From contig NC_087252.1 of assembly GCF_037042905.1 (NCBI RefSeq), positions 4,714,001 to 4,774,000 on the forward strand: a DNA stretch of 60,000 bases. Direction: 5' to 3'. This DNA is from Lytechinus pictus. Its lineage: Eukaryota. The notes under the pieces are model-generated. The model did not search any database. It had not been told where the DNA came from and worked only from the letters and a program-made list of their open reading frames with translations. Below are positions 13,454 through 25,552 of this stretch, piece after piece. The translations under genes were made by a program, and so were the position numbers. The number at the start of each line of letters is the position of its first letter. The first letter of the stretch is position 1.

Positions 13454-13760
13454 AATCCTAGGTAGCATTTCATGAAACAAGTAATGTAAAAAGGTACTGA
13501 AAATCCTTGAATCTGATTGGCTCAAAAGAAATAAGACACTGAAAATTAGTGACTTTTTGATTCATGAAACACTCCCCTATTGACTTTTTTCACACAAGGA
13601 AGCATCAATCCTAGGTAGCATTTCATGAAACAAGTAATGTTAAAAGCTACTGAAAATCCTTGAATCTGATTGGCTTAAAGGAAATAAGACAGTGAATATC
13701 ACTTGACAACTTGCTTCATAAAACACTCTCCTATTGACTTTGTTCACACAAGGAAGCATT
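13454..13760. repeat. Tandem duplication (~153 bp x2) of a CCAAT-core MITE
   Basis: aatcctaggtagcatttcatgaaacaagtaatg at 13454 and 13607. Both copies contain ctactgaaaatccttgaatctgattggct or a near-identical variant. Confidence 0.8.
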
Positions 13761-15128
13761 AAGTCACTCACAGTGCAATCTGTTATTGTATCGTTACGAC
13801 TTAGCTGCTACAATCATAAATCATTATTAGCGCTCATCACAACTAGAAGGGGTGTAACTGCCCAGTTATAAATTATAATTCCATTCAGTACCATGCTAGT
13901 GCTGTCATAAATCACATGTATGATATTACTAATCTTGCTCACATATAAATTGTTATTAAAGTGACCATTAAATGACTGCAAAGAAAAATAATATTCTACT
14001 TTATTACAATCAAAGATGATATTATTCATTGCTGTTATTGCTAATGATTTCATTTACCTATAACTTTATTGTAAAGGATGGAATCTTGATTTCATACATC
14101 AAATTTCCACAATACTAATACTTTTATTGATCATTTAAACTCGCTTGTAAAATCAAAATTGCAATTTCAATCATATAAACTATTTCCAAGAAATTTAACA
14201 TATGAGTCACTCGACATAAATTGATTGCATGAAATGGGACAAAATTTATGTCATCATTAATGGATTGAAAAATGAATGAAAGGAAAATTATATAATCCCA
14301 ACAAATTGATTGCAATGTATGAATTGCGCCCAGTGAAGTGAATAATGGCAAGCTTTTGATAATTGAAACCATTTTTGTGGGGCTGAAGGTGCTGTAATGT
14401 GACAAATGGCATGCATTTAATATCTTTTAGTGTTAAGGAAATTTGTTTGTGATTGTTTTTTAGATGAAAATAATATAAACACAATGTTGATGAGCAAGCA
14501 TTTAGTGCATGACAATTATAATCTGCGACCTTATTTAACAGTGTTTATGATCAAGGAATATGACAAAAAAGCATTGCAAACAAAGGATGAATGATTAAAA
14601 CAAGTAGAAGTATACAATACAATGCCATGATTATATGATCAATAAACATTGATTAGAAATGAAATGAAATTGATGAGAATTAGCATAGGCCTGTAATCGT
14701 TTCAGGAACTGTAAAAAAAAATGTAGGTGTTAATCCATATGCCAGTTTATTGTTAATTGCTCCAATGGTATTTGGTTATTGTGTCAGCACCCAGCATGTC
14801 CTGCAAATAAAAAGAGATTTAATCATTAATTTTTTTTCTACATGGTGGTTAAGCCCAATATCCTGGTGTATGAAGAAAATATGAAGAAAGATAAAATGGA
14901 AGATGAGCGGGGTAAGATGAGAAAATCGCTGAAAAGGAAAAAAATAATAAAATAAGTGACAAATATTCTTCAATAACAGTGATTTTTAATGAACTTTCCA
15001 ATGTGCCGCATCATGATAGTCTGAATATGCGAGCAAAATTTTGACTGCTATGTCAGCTATTAGTTTCATCCTATGTCATCTCCACAGCTTCTGATATGAA
15101 ATTAGTGTGTGTTGGGCACTCACAACGT

Positions 15129-16205
15129 AGGTCAAAGGTCACCAAGAAGTTTGCAAAGTCAACATAATCTGTTCAAGGCATCCCCTGGAAGTTGAGAGGT
15201 CAATCTACTTTGATGCATGTATCAGATAAATTGGTCAAATGTAAGTGTCCCCAGCATCAACTAAATAAATGGGTCAAAGGTCAATTTATTCCAAGCACTC
15301 CATCCTCAGCTAAATAGGTCAAAGGTCATACAACCCTGTTCCAATACACTTAACATTAGCTACATACATGTAGGTCAAAGATCAATTTATTCCAAGGCCC
15401 CCATCATCAGCTGAATAGGTCAAAGGTGACAAAGTAGCTCAAAACTATTAAAGAATCCCATCTAAAGCTAAATAGGTCAAAGTTCAATTTGCTCAAACCT
15501 CCCAACATCAGCTTATTGTTCAAATGTAACACATTTCAAGAATCTAAACATTAGCGAAATAGATCAAAAGTTACAAAATAGTTCAAAAGGTCGATTAGTC
15601 TGCTTCTAAGAATCCAAGCCCTACCAAGGGCGCTTTGTTCCAAGCATCCCAGTATCAAGTTAATAGTTCAAAGGTCAATTCGTATGTTTAAATCATCCAA
15701 GCCACAGGTCAAAGTTCATTATGTTCCAAGCATCCCAGCATCAGCTTAATAGGTAAAAGGTCATAGTTCAAAGGTCAATTAAAAGGTCAATTAGTATGTT
15801 TCAAGCATCCAAGCCACAGGTCAAAGTTCATTATGTTCCAAGCATCCCAGCATCAGCTTAATAGGTAAAAGGTCATAGTTCAAAGGTCAATTAGTATGTT
15901 TAAATCATCCAAGCCACAGGTCAAAGTTCATTATGTTCCAAGCATCCCAGCATCAGCTTAATAGGTAAAAGGTCATAGTTCAAAGGTCAATTGGTATGTT
16001 TAAATCATCGAAGCCACAGGTCAAAGCTCATTATGTTCCAAGCATCCCAGCATCAGCTTAATAGGTCAAATGTCATAATTCAAAGGTCAATTAATCTGCT
16101 CAAAGCACCCAAGCATAGGTCAAATGATATCCAGGTGTTCAATTATAAAAAAAATCTGTCTCTTTCCCAACAGTACAAGCACCGGTTATAAACTGGTCAA
16201 AGGTT
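15129..16205 (+). repeat. Minisatellite region rich in AGGTCA-A-AGGTCA (DR1) motifs, with a 100-bp tandem unit x4-5
   Basis: tgttccaagcatcccag unit starts at 15636, 15722, 15834, 15934 and 16034. About 20 co-oriented RGKTCAAAGKTCA-like motifs. Confidence 0.9.
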
Positions 16206-16207
16206 AC

Positions 16208-16357
16208 CGTTCTGTTCACGCGGGTCGAGATGAAATTTCTTTGGGTACGGAAGGGAAGTGGAGAGTGGCTGCCCGGTGATTGGCTTAAACTCCTACAACG
16301 GTTGCAGTCGCAGGATGCCTCGTGGCTCACGTTGGTTAACCTGCGCAAGAGACCCAT
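16208..16357 (-). CDS. Candidate cassette exon MGLLRRLTNVSHEASCDCNRCRSLSQSPGSHSPLPFRTQRNFISTRVNRT
   Basis: Acceptor cttccacacgtttccAG, donor GTAACC, 150 nt, phase 0-0 with an open frame. Two decayed paralogous copies lie immediately upstream. Confidence 0.55.
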
Positions 16358-16419
16358 CTGGAAACGTGTGGAAGTATAGTATCAATAGCAAGCAAGAAAT
16401 ATAATGATAATATCTAGAA

Positions 16420-16760
16420 TGAAACATTATGACATAGGTGGATTCTGATGCTGATTTAAAATCCTACCACCATTACAGTTGCAGGAAACTTCTTGTGAGT
16501 ACAGGAGACCAATCTGAAAAGGGTGTACAACCACAAAATACTTAACAGGCAAGAGTTGTTAAATGATAATCATCTGGAATGAAATCTCATGAAATAAGTG
16601 GATGACACTGATTTAATCTCTTAAAACGATTTCAATCGCAAGTGTTTCACGGATTAAATTGGTTGACCTATCCAGGAGAGAGATCTGAAATAGTGTACAA
16701 TCACAAAATAAGTAGTAAGCAAGAGCTAGAAGAAATAATCATATAGAAAGAAATATGATA
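16420..16760 (-). pseudogene. Two decayed duplicates (pseudo-exons) of the 16357 exon plus its 3' splice site
   Basis: tttcAG|ATTGGTCTCCTG (16513) and tttcAG|ATCTCTCTCCTG (16684) align with ttccAG|ATGGGTCTCTTG (16357) over about 80 nt, plus the upstream intron. Confidence 0.7.
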
Positions 16761-17949
16761 AATTAAGGGAATGGGGCTGGTTTTAACGACTTCAACAAGG
16801 GAGTCGTGTGTCCTTTTCTCCATATGATTAGCGTTGAGGTCTGGAACTATGAAAATGATTCAAATACCAGCTACTAGTATGAAAGAGGAAAATTAGGCTT
16901 TAATACATTTTAAACAAATACCTCCAGTAAATATCATTAGTAGACATACATCTCAACTTATTTCAAGTATTACATGCATACAAGATTAAGAAATAAAAAA
17001 AAATTGGCAAACAAGGCAGCCATAGTTTGCAGTATCCAAAGAAGGTACAGGAATCTTATTTTCAAAGGTGTATGATATATTGTATTTCAATCAAGTATTT
17101 TGTGAGATATTTCATAGTACCACTGCTTGTGAGATGGGATATTTCTGAATATAAACTACTAAAATCACAGAGATTTTCATGCAAAAGACAGCACTGTTGA
17201 TGTTCCACTTTTGAAATTACAATCTCAAAACTAATGGATGAAAGAAATCTTTATGCTGTGCTGCCTAGCTCCACTCATCGCTTCAGAAAGCACAGATTTG
17301 ATGAATTGCCCACGTTAGCTGCCTTTCTCCCAGTTTACTTTGGGCGATCGTTAGGGCCAGGTGAAGTTTATTTCGATAAGGAGCAGCGGTTGCTAGCGTC
17401 AACTCTCCTGGGTTCATCAGCATCACGCGAAACCATCTTAGTGGGACTAGGTGATAAGGGGGCTTGATTGATGAATGGCTCAAGAATAACACTTTGTTTG
17501 CTTGCGGGACGGCAGGTTTAGGTGATAGTGATTTCATTATAAAAACACAGTACTATATCTACTTCGAATGGCTTGATAAGGGATTTTTCCGATGTTCTTC
17601 CCCTAGGTGCACTTTAAAACCCAATATTGTTTTCTTCAAAATTTGATTTTGGTGCATGATCCTTATTACCAAGAAAGTTCTTATTTCTAGACTTGGTTTC
17701 CCTATATAAATATCCTCCCTTTTATTTCTTTACAGTAAACATTTCTTCATTGTTGGGTAGAGTAAAGGGAGTTTCCCCAAGCCCAAGGCCCCTTTAAAAA
17801 AAAAGTAACTATTATAGTAACTTTGCCATTCAATGGTAAATATCATGGTATTTTTGTTCAGCAGCCAATCAAAATCAAGGATTCTATTGAAGTAACCTTT
17901 GGATGGCAAAGTTGCTAAAATAGAAACTTTTATGTAATGGGAGCCTAGA

Positions 17950-18258
17950 TGTTGTTTCGGGATGTGGGTTTGGGGGTTCGGAGTTCACAGATGGGAGTTG
18001 GGGTATATATAGCAGGGCTCGAAATTGGTGGCGGTCCGGGGGCCATTGACCGCCTAAAGCTCCGTCGGGCACCCTAAAAGTCGGGTAGGGCTTTGGGCTT
18101 TGTGTTTGGTTTGGTGTGGGGCTTGGGAGTTAGGAGTTGGAAGTTGGGAGCTGAGGTCGGGGGGGGGGGGGGGGGTTGATGGGTCCGGGGGGTTGGGGAT
18201 GGAAAGTAGGGTTGTGGTTGGTGTTTGGGGTTAGTGTTGGGGATTTGGGGTTGGGTCA
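17950..18258 (+). repeat. G/T-rich low-complexity tract with many GGG runs
   Basis: Repeated ttggg/gttgggg and a long G homopolymer near 18160-18175. Confidence 0.75.
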
Positions 18259-19174
18259 AAGACCACCTATAGCATTATTTGTGTACATACATTACTACAC
18301 AGCTTAGTTAAGCCCTAATGAATTAGAAGAGTTACATTCTATTTATAAGATATTTGCTCCTGGCTAATCAAATAGGACTGCAGTAAAAAAATAACAGGAA
18401 AATTGTAACTGACTACATGTAAGTGTAAAAAAAATGCTGCTTTACTGGTTAAAGGATCACTGTCAACAATACTTCAACTAAATATTAGAGAGTAAATTTG
18501 AAGTATTAGACAACGTACATTGTAACAAACATATTAAATATATTACATTTTTCAAGCAACATTCATTAAAATTTTAATAATGAACATATATTTTATGTAC
18601 TGATAACAAACGCACTTTATAAATATATATATATTAAAATAAAACTACTCTATTACTATAGAGATAAAATTCCTTTCTTATTACGCAAACTGACGACATT
18701 CATTTTTTTCATTGTTCGTTAAATCTATACATCACACACATGCATGCAGCAATGCGCAGATTTGCTTTGATGAGAATACTGAAAGAAAGATATTTGGGGG
18801 TAATTCAAGTTAAAAAGATAAGGTAGAAAGAAAATTGAAAGCTAAAATAGATAATAGAGGAAATGGAGTAAAAGATCAATTCAAAGACGGATAAAATGCT
18901 GATTATCATAGGAATATTCAGGGTTTGACATGCACGTTAATTTTCCTCTGTGAGATTTTGTGGGAAAGGGAAAGGAGGCAGCATTTGTATATGGTTGCTA
19001 TGGTGCGGATGTTTCAACCTGAGCAGTCCAGCGAGAATGACCGTGAAAGGAGGGCTCCCTCTTTAGTCCTGCCGCAGTGCAAACTTGTGCGTATTTCCCC
19101 ACCAGCCCCGATGAGATAGAGGAGGAAGAGCAGAGAGGACATTCGCAAAGATCGTCGTACGACGTGGCACTGAC

Positions 19175-19255
19175 CTCGTGTTGCTGTAGGTTGTAGGTAC
19201 GTGAGCGGGCGGTAAAAAGGTTGAAGACGGTCCCTTTAGAGGGCGGCAGAGGCTG
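19175..19255 (-). CDS. Candidate cassette exon QPLPPSKGTVFNLFTARSRTYNLQQHE
   Basis: Acceptor ttgaAG (NAGNAG), donor GTCAGT, 81 nt, phase 0-0 with an open frame. Sits in a GC/CpG-rich island within an AT-rich intron. No homology recognised. Confidence 0.4.
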
Positions 19256-20689
19256 CTTCAACGTCATAAAGAGGGGTATGATAACAGTGGTCATGGGATG
19301 AAGATATATTAAAAAAGAGATATATACCGCATGCATGATTTCTTGACATAAATCAATAGGGAACGATTCATGCATTCAAAATAAATTTAAGAATAAAATG
19401 TTTGTCAAGTGGAATGACACATCACTGCAAAACTTTAGAAATAAAAAAGGCCAATTTAACAATCTACCAATAAGAAATGATTGATAGGGAACCTACTGTA
19501 AGTACGGTTGGTAATACCTCCAAGATTCAATTTAATGGATAAAACTGAGGTTTCATATAAGGGCGGAACCTTACAAATGAGAAGTGGTGCTCTTTCATAA
19601 AGCTGTTCATAAAGTTACAACTTTCTAAATTACTGGAATAGGGCACCACATTTAATTTTGAAATTTAGTTGGAATTAGTCTGCGGGCAAAGACCTTTGAT
19701 TTTCACATAGTTCATAATGCAGAGTCTGAAGAAGTGAGAATAGATGCACTCATGGACTGTGGCTGTTTATTCCAAATTTAAAGTTTTGTCTTCACTCTAG
19801 AAATTGTATAATTTGATAAAGTGTCAATTTTGAACCTGTGCTTGCAAACTTAGTTGGAATATTGATAGATTTTTATCAATATTTTGAGCATGGCTTTTTT
19901 CAGTGCCATCATTAAACATTCTGAATGAGCAAACACATCTCAATGTAACTATAAAGTGCATCTCTTTCCAAAATGTCTTGATTGACAACTTGAACTAACT
20001 TGTTAAGTAGTGAGTCAATTCAAGAACTGCTTTCTTGAACACCCCACCCTCTCCAAGTTCACATATTTTTCACTATCTTTATATCAATTTATCACCAGCT
20101 ACATGTACTTTTATTTATCAAGAGGCATGTTCATTTATTTATAGATTTGCTATAGGGGGTGATTTATCTTACTGTAACTCATGAACCAATATACAGAGTA
20201 GAATTGACAAGAACTGAAACTCTCATTATCTGTAAGTAACACTTGCAATTCCTAAATCTAAACAAACTTTTCTACTTTATAACTCATTATGGACTTGTTA
20301 ATTACATTCATAACAATTTCTTATAATCAATGAAATGTGAAAGTACGTTATTACCACTTCAAAGCTCAAACGGAGGTATCCATTACAAATATGAACTAAG
20401 AAAAGATTCACCTCGAAACTAAAGAAATTACAACATTATGTCAAGTCAAATGTCATTCTCTCTCAATTCAATATTAATTAAGCCCTTCCAAATGTCTTCT
20501 TCAACTGTCTTTTTTATAAACATTGCTGATTTTATTACTTTTTAAAAAATATATTTGTCCCCTTCTCTCTCTCTCTCTCTCATTGTCTCTCTCTCCCTCT
20601 CTACCCCTACAAACTGAACCTCCCATCCTAACTTTTTTTTTCACAACCCCTCCCTGTCCCCTTCCCTTAAAAAAAAAATCTTGGATCTG

Positions 20690-20845
20690 GGGCCCGTTTC
20701 ATAAAAGACTTGCAACTGTTGTAACTTTGCTATTATGGCAATACCATGGAAACCTTGATTGTGATTGGCTGCTGAGCCCTGTTACCATGGTAGTTGCCAT
20801 AATGGCAAAGTTATCACAGTTGCAAGTCCTTTATGAAACGAGCCC
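20690..20845. mobile_element. Short palindromic PIF/Harbinger-type MITE (CCAAT-core group), CTG TSD
   Basis: TIR GGGCCCGTTTCATAAA / TTTATGAAACGAGCCC extending about 60 bp. CTG on both flanks. Confidence 0.85.
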
Positions 20846-21683
20846 CTGATGTAGATCCGATCTGTATCATCGTGCTTTGACAAAGATATATGTGCTTTTA
20901 TAAAAGATGTATTCTTTGATATACAATAGGTTGGACAACAATGGAAGGTATACATGAGTGTACATAAATGTGGTGAAAGGACTCGGTGGATACGGATGTA
21001 TATATGATTAAAATATAAGATGAAATGTAGCATGCAATATCAAACCAAATGACAGATGTATTTCAATGAGGTGAGGAACCTTAAAAGATGCCTCATACAA
21101 AAATCAAATTCTTCAAAATATGCATAATTTGAATTTAAAAACTATGTCAAATGTTCAGTAATTTGACTTGCAAAGTTGTTGATTATAACATCCTACATAT
21201 TGTTTATTCATGTAAAGATTTCAAAATGGAGTTGAATTATCTGGTATAAAATTTAAGCCTGAAAGAGCTTTCAACAACAAAAAATTCTTCTGAAATATCT
21301 GTAATATAAGACTAAATACGGATATCTTGTATTCTAGGGAATGTAATAACAGGCTGGTCATTATTCAAAAGAAAACTTATGAAGTTAACAATTACATTTC
21401 ATTTATCATAAAATAAATATTCTAACAATGATGTACATAATAAACCAGCTAATCACCACTAATGAAATGGATACCACATAATCAATGCAACCATTCACAA
21501 CATCAGAAGAATATTCAAGAAAACAAAATAAATATATAAACAAGAACTAGCCAAGAACCTGTATGCACATGCACTTGATATCTCACGAGTCGATTGCAAC
21601 AAAGTTTTACATTTAAAAAAAAATATATGTTTAATACACATTTCATCATAGTTCTATATGAAAAGGGACACTGTTTTACTCAC

Positions 21684-21820
21684 ATTTACAGGTTGCGGTG
21701 ATGTTACAAGTGTCTTTCTTGACTCTGAATGTCGGCTGATACCCGGAGTGGGGCCAGATGGGGGCGGGGTAGGTATCCCAGGTGGTTTACCAAGTAATGT
21801 TAAAGCTACAAACGAACCAG
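21684..21820 (-). CDS. ARHGEF12: ARHGEF11/12 exon: PDZ end plus Pro-rich linker (S)GSFVALTLLGKPPGIPTPPPSGPTPGISRHSESRKTLVTSPQPVN
   Basis: Acceptor ccccacAG, donor GTGAGT, 137 nt (phase 1 to 0). SGSFVALT corresponds to LARG SGSYVALT. Confidence 0.93.
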
Positions 21821-22037
21821 CTGTGGGGGGGGGGCAAACACAAGACAAGAAAGTGAATTCATTTGAGGTTAATGATTAACTTCAGGGAATAATCATTCTG
21901 CAATTGCGTAACAATTTGCATTCCTCTTTTTCTGTGTGCTAGAATAAATGTCTTTTGTTTGGGTGCACAAATAGACTATTGTAACAATAAAGGATAACTG
22001 TAGAGAACTTTCACTATAAACCAAACATTACCACCAA

Positions 22038-22230
22038 GGGCCTTTTCACACATGAATCTTAAATCATCATTGTAATGATGATTGCTATTGTAATCGTGAC
22101 TGTGATTAGCGTTCATGATTCTAATCATGTTCTAGTTTGGTTTCACACATGCTAAATATTCGTCATTAGCCTTATTTTTCACTGGAATCATCATTCAAAT
22201 TACGATTATTTTTACCGTGTGAAAGGGCGG
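22038..22230. mobile_element. Degenerate Harbinger-type MITE
   Basis: GGGCCTTTTCACAC ... GTGTGAAAGGGCGG termini with internal ATCATGAT-type repeats. Confidence 0.6.
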
Positions 22231-22611
22231 TTAGCTTCCCTAGACTTATACTGCCAAAATTTAACTATAATCAAAGCATAAACACATGTGTGTAATGAAG
22301 AGGTTATCAATCTCTCACCCCTTCCTCTCTCATCCTCCCCTCCCCTCCCCCTCCTTCCATTAATTAATCAAAATTTATTCATCAGCTGCTTTATTCAAAT
22401 CAATTCAAAATTCCAGCTCCAAGTCAAACTGAAAACTCAAACCTGGCTAGCCTCTTTTCTTGCTACTTCTTTTATTCACTCATTCATCAATCCATCACTC
22501 CATCCATTTATTCTTAGTTTCTTTTATTTTTCCCCATTAGGTGTTTTATTTCAATTTTCAGAAAGACTGCAAAATAAATCAAGAATTCAAAGTGTGTAGT
22601 TGTATACTCAC

Positions 22612-22669
22612 ATTTGATCATTTTCACCACCTCCACATGATTGGATGATGTTACCAAGGTACCATTTAC
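22612..22669 (-). CDS. ARHGEF12: ARHGEF11/12 exon, PDZ domain: VNGTLVTSSNHVEVVKMIK
   Basis: Acceptor ttttgcAG, donor GTGAGT, 58 nt (phase 0 to 1). Matches LARG VNGTLVTHSNHLEVVKLIK. Confidence 0.95.
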
Positions 22670-23281
22670 CTGCAAAATACAACAAGAACAAATATATATC
22701 AACTACAAGTTTCAAATGGGTCATTTCATAACTTTACACTGACTGACATATGGCATCCAATTAAGATAAAGCCAGTTTTGATCTTTTATTGACCATCTTC
22801 TATTTTTGACAAATCATGGGTAGACAAATTAATTATACAAGGATGTCACTCAGAATTGATATTTAAAAGTCTAAAAATCATACCAGTTTGTAAACAAAAA
22901 TATTGTTTTCTGTATTTATATACAAGTTCATATGTCATCCTGAAAAATGTCATTCCTGATTATGTTCATCTATATGGGCCCATGTCACATACTTATTTCT
23001 AACAATAACATCACAAAAACATGAATGTACATCTTTCTTTCACTTTTTAATTCATTCTTCAGCTAGTTTTTTAACATATATTGACATTGACAGTTTCTAA
23101 ATATAGTAGACATTGACAAGTAGCCATCTTAAATATTGACATGTACAATTGTATTTGTGGCTATCTAACATGGCCTGCCAAAAATAGTATGACAGATGCA
23201 GTGGAACGAGATGTAACAAGAGATTTGGAAGAAAAGTATGAAGGTCATAGAATAATCTGACAGCAGTCGGTCAGTAGTGGC

Positions 23282-23468
23282 CAGGCAACAAATCATTTTT
23301 ATTTTCCGGGGCTACTTTTCACAACTTACTGCCTATATCTGCAACATTGGATAAGCTTTAACATTACAATGTACATGTATATCCAAACCACCCTTTTCTG
23401 GTTTCCAGGGCCGTTTTAAGCATTTTGGGGGCTACATCGCCCCCAGCCCCCATGTAACTTTTTCCCTG
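23282..23468. mobile_element. hAT MITE (187 bp), 8-bp TSD GTAGTGGC
   Basis: CAGG...CCTG termini. Exact 8-bp duplication at 23274-23281 and 23469-23476. Confidence 0.8.
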
Positions 23469-23743
23469 GTAGTGGCTCAATAGAGGGTAAAAAGTTGTCT
23501 TGTCTGCTAGCAAGGCTAAAAGCTCTCTACACTTGGAAAGAAAGATCAACGACACTGGCAAGATATCAACTCTATGGCCAAGGGGGCTTCTTCACAACCT
23601 TGTTATTTTTGCCATTTCAATTTCCGGACGAAACACATGGTGCGTTGGGGGATCTCAACTGGCCTAAAGAGATTTGAATGTTGCTATATTGGAGAGGAGG
23701 GATTTCGGGATGGACCTTGCATCAACAATTCATTATGGACTGA

Positions 23744-25552
23744 TTGCATTGACGCCCAATGGCGACAATGCATTGTTCTTGTTCCGTATTCCTATTCCGT
23801 CGTCTTCTTCTTCTTCTTCTGCTTCTTCCACAAAATCCCATTTGTTTAACACATGGTTTTTGTTAGCTCTACCCTGGCTCCGTCCCTCATCCAAATTCAT
23901 CCAAACTTTGTAGACATGTTGTCCAGCATCCCTAGTTGTGCACCTCGTCTTCCATTTTCCAAAATCACTCATGCATGACCATCAAGGCGCCATTTTGTAA
24001 ATTTCAAGTCCATTTGCTTACCATTACTAATCTCGTCCTAACTCCCGCATCCTGCATGCTACAAACTTCTAACAAATTCCTATAGATAGTCAAAGAGTTG
24101 TTCCATCATTTGCGACGCATAACCTGACCTTCAAAATGCAATCTTCATGCCCTAAATTCAAATCCGAAATAGCCTTCCTTCAAAAACTTCATATTTATTG
24201 AAATGTAAAGTAAAAAAATCCTAAAATGGCCATAACTTTCTTGTTTTTATTCAATTCGAACTAATATTTTCAGGAATTATTACAGGCAACATATCATACT
24301 TACGAGTTAGTTTTCACGCATCATTGATCTTCCGGTATTGAAATAGCGCCCTCTAAAGTTTCAAAAACGCTTACGTTTGAATGCTCCTCATTGCGTCATG
24401 CATGGCCAAACCCGTACCCTTTTTTAGATTTAGGGTGTTCAAGATATGCCCTTTCATGCCATTTAGAAAAATATATACCTTACCACTGACGAAATATCTG
24501 AAAAATGCTCCCGAAAATCAGCAAAATACGCAAAAATGCACTATAATGCCAGCACAACTTCAACTTGGTCTTATTTCCTTATTATAGAAGCTTATCCTTT
24601 CTAACTTGGCAGATATGAGTATTGATATATACTATAACCGTTCGTCAACCTTTTGGGACAGAAACTGACATAGAGCTGACGTCAGCTTAAAATTATTGTG
24701 AAAAACTGTCATTTTTAATGTCTTTCTTTATATGGCATTTACTTCCGGTCTATTGCCAGCGCACAAATAAAAGTGGTATCAATGTCACCGCATTGGAATG
24801 CTCTTTCCACCGATACCAAATACGACATAGGTTACAACAGAAAATTTCAAGATAAGCCAATCTGAACACATGGTATACTGCTCACAATGCACATATTATC
24901 AACAATAAAATTGTACATAATATCTATGGCATAACGTATTATGCATGCACATCGTTCTGCTATGTACTTTACACTGAGTTACGTTTATGAACTGTCAGGG
25001 ATATTTGTATGCTTATTCATATCACTCTCTCTGTGTCTTTCTCTCCCTTCTCTCTCTTTGTTGAGCGGCCATGGTCAAAAAATGGACGAAATCTGTTTGA
25101 CTCGAGAATGCAACTTCCTATGGAGGGCATAATGTCCTAAATCCACTTTGATTAACATGTAATTTTTTTTAATTCCTCCCCTGCCTCCGCTCCTCATCCA
25201 AATTCATTTGGCAGACATGTTGTCCATGATGCATTATTGTGTACCTCTTATTTCATTTTCTAAAATCATTCATACATGACAGTGCATGCGCCATTTTGAG
25301 TGAGTGACATCATCATCTCTCTCATTTGGATGCAACTGGCTCGTTCATATAACTATTTTGTTAAAAATAAGCGAAACTTTGAAATGTCATAACTTTCTTA
25401 TTTTACATCCGATTTTGATGAAATTTTCAGCTTTGTGCTTGTCTCATTTTTCCCTATTGATTCAAATCAACATTTTTCTGAGGTGGACTTGACCTTTCAA
25501 TCAGACGCGTCAATGCATGCACATCGTTCTGAAACGATTGCAGTTCTAGTTT
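23744..25552 (+). mobile_element. Helentron-associated (HINE/DINE-1-like) rolling-circle non-autonomous element
   Basis: 11-bp subterminal IR TGCATTGACGC (23745-23755) / GCGTCAATGCA (25507-25517), a 5' hairpin then a (CTT)n microsatellite, an internal repeat (about 23878 and 25185), a 3' hairpin ATCGTT-ctga-AACGAT, and the end CTAGTTTTT. Confidence 0.7.
25300..25497. mobile_element. Right-end fragment of a Kolobok-like MITE inside the HINE
   Basis: Shares atccgattttgatgaaattt and a gacatcatca motif with the 38153 element. Ends ...ggacttgaccttt. Confidence 0.55.
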
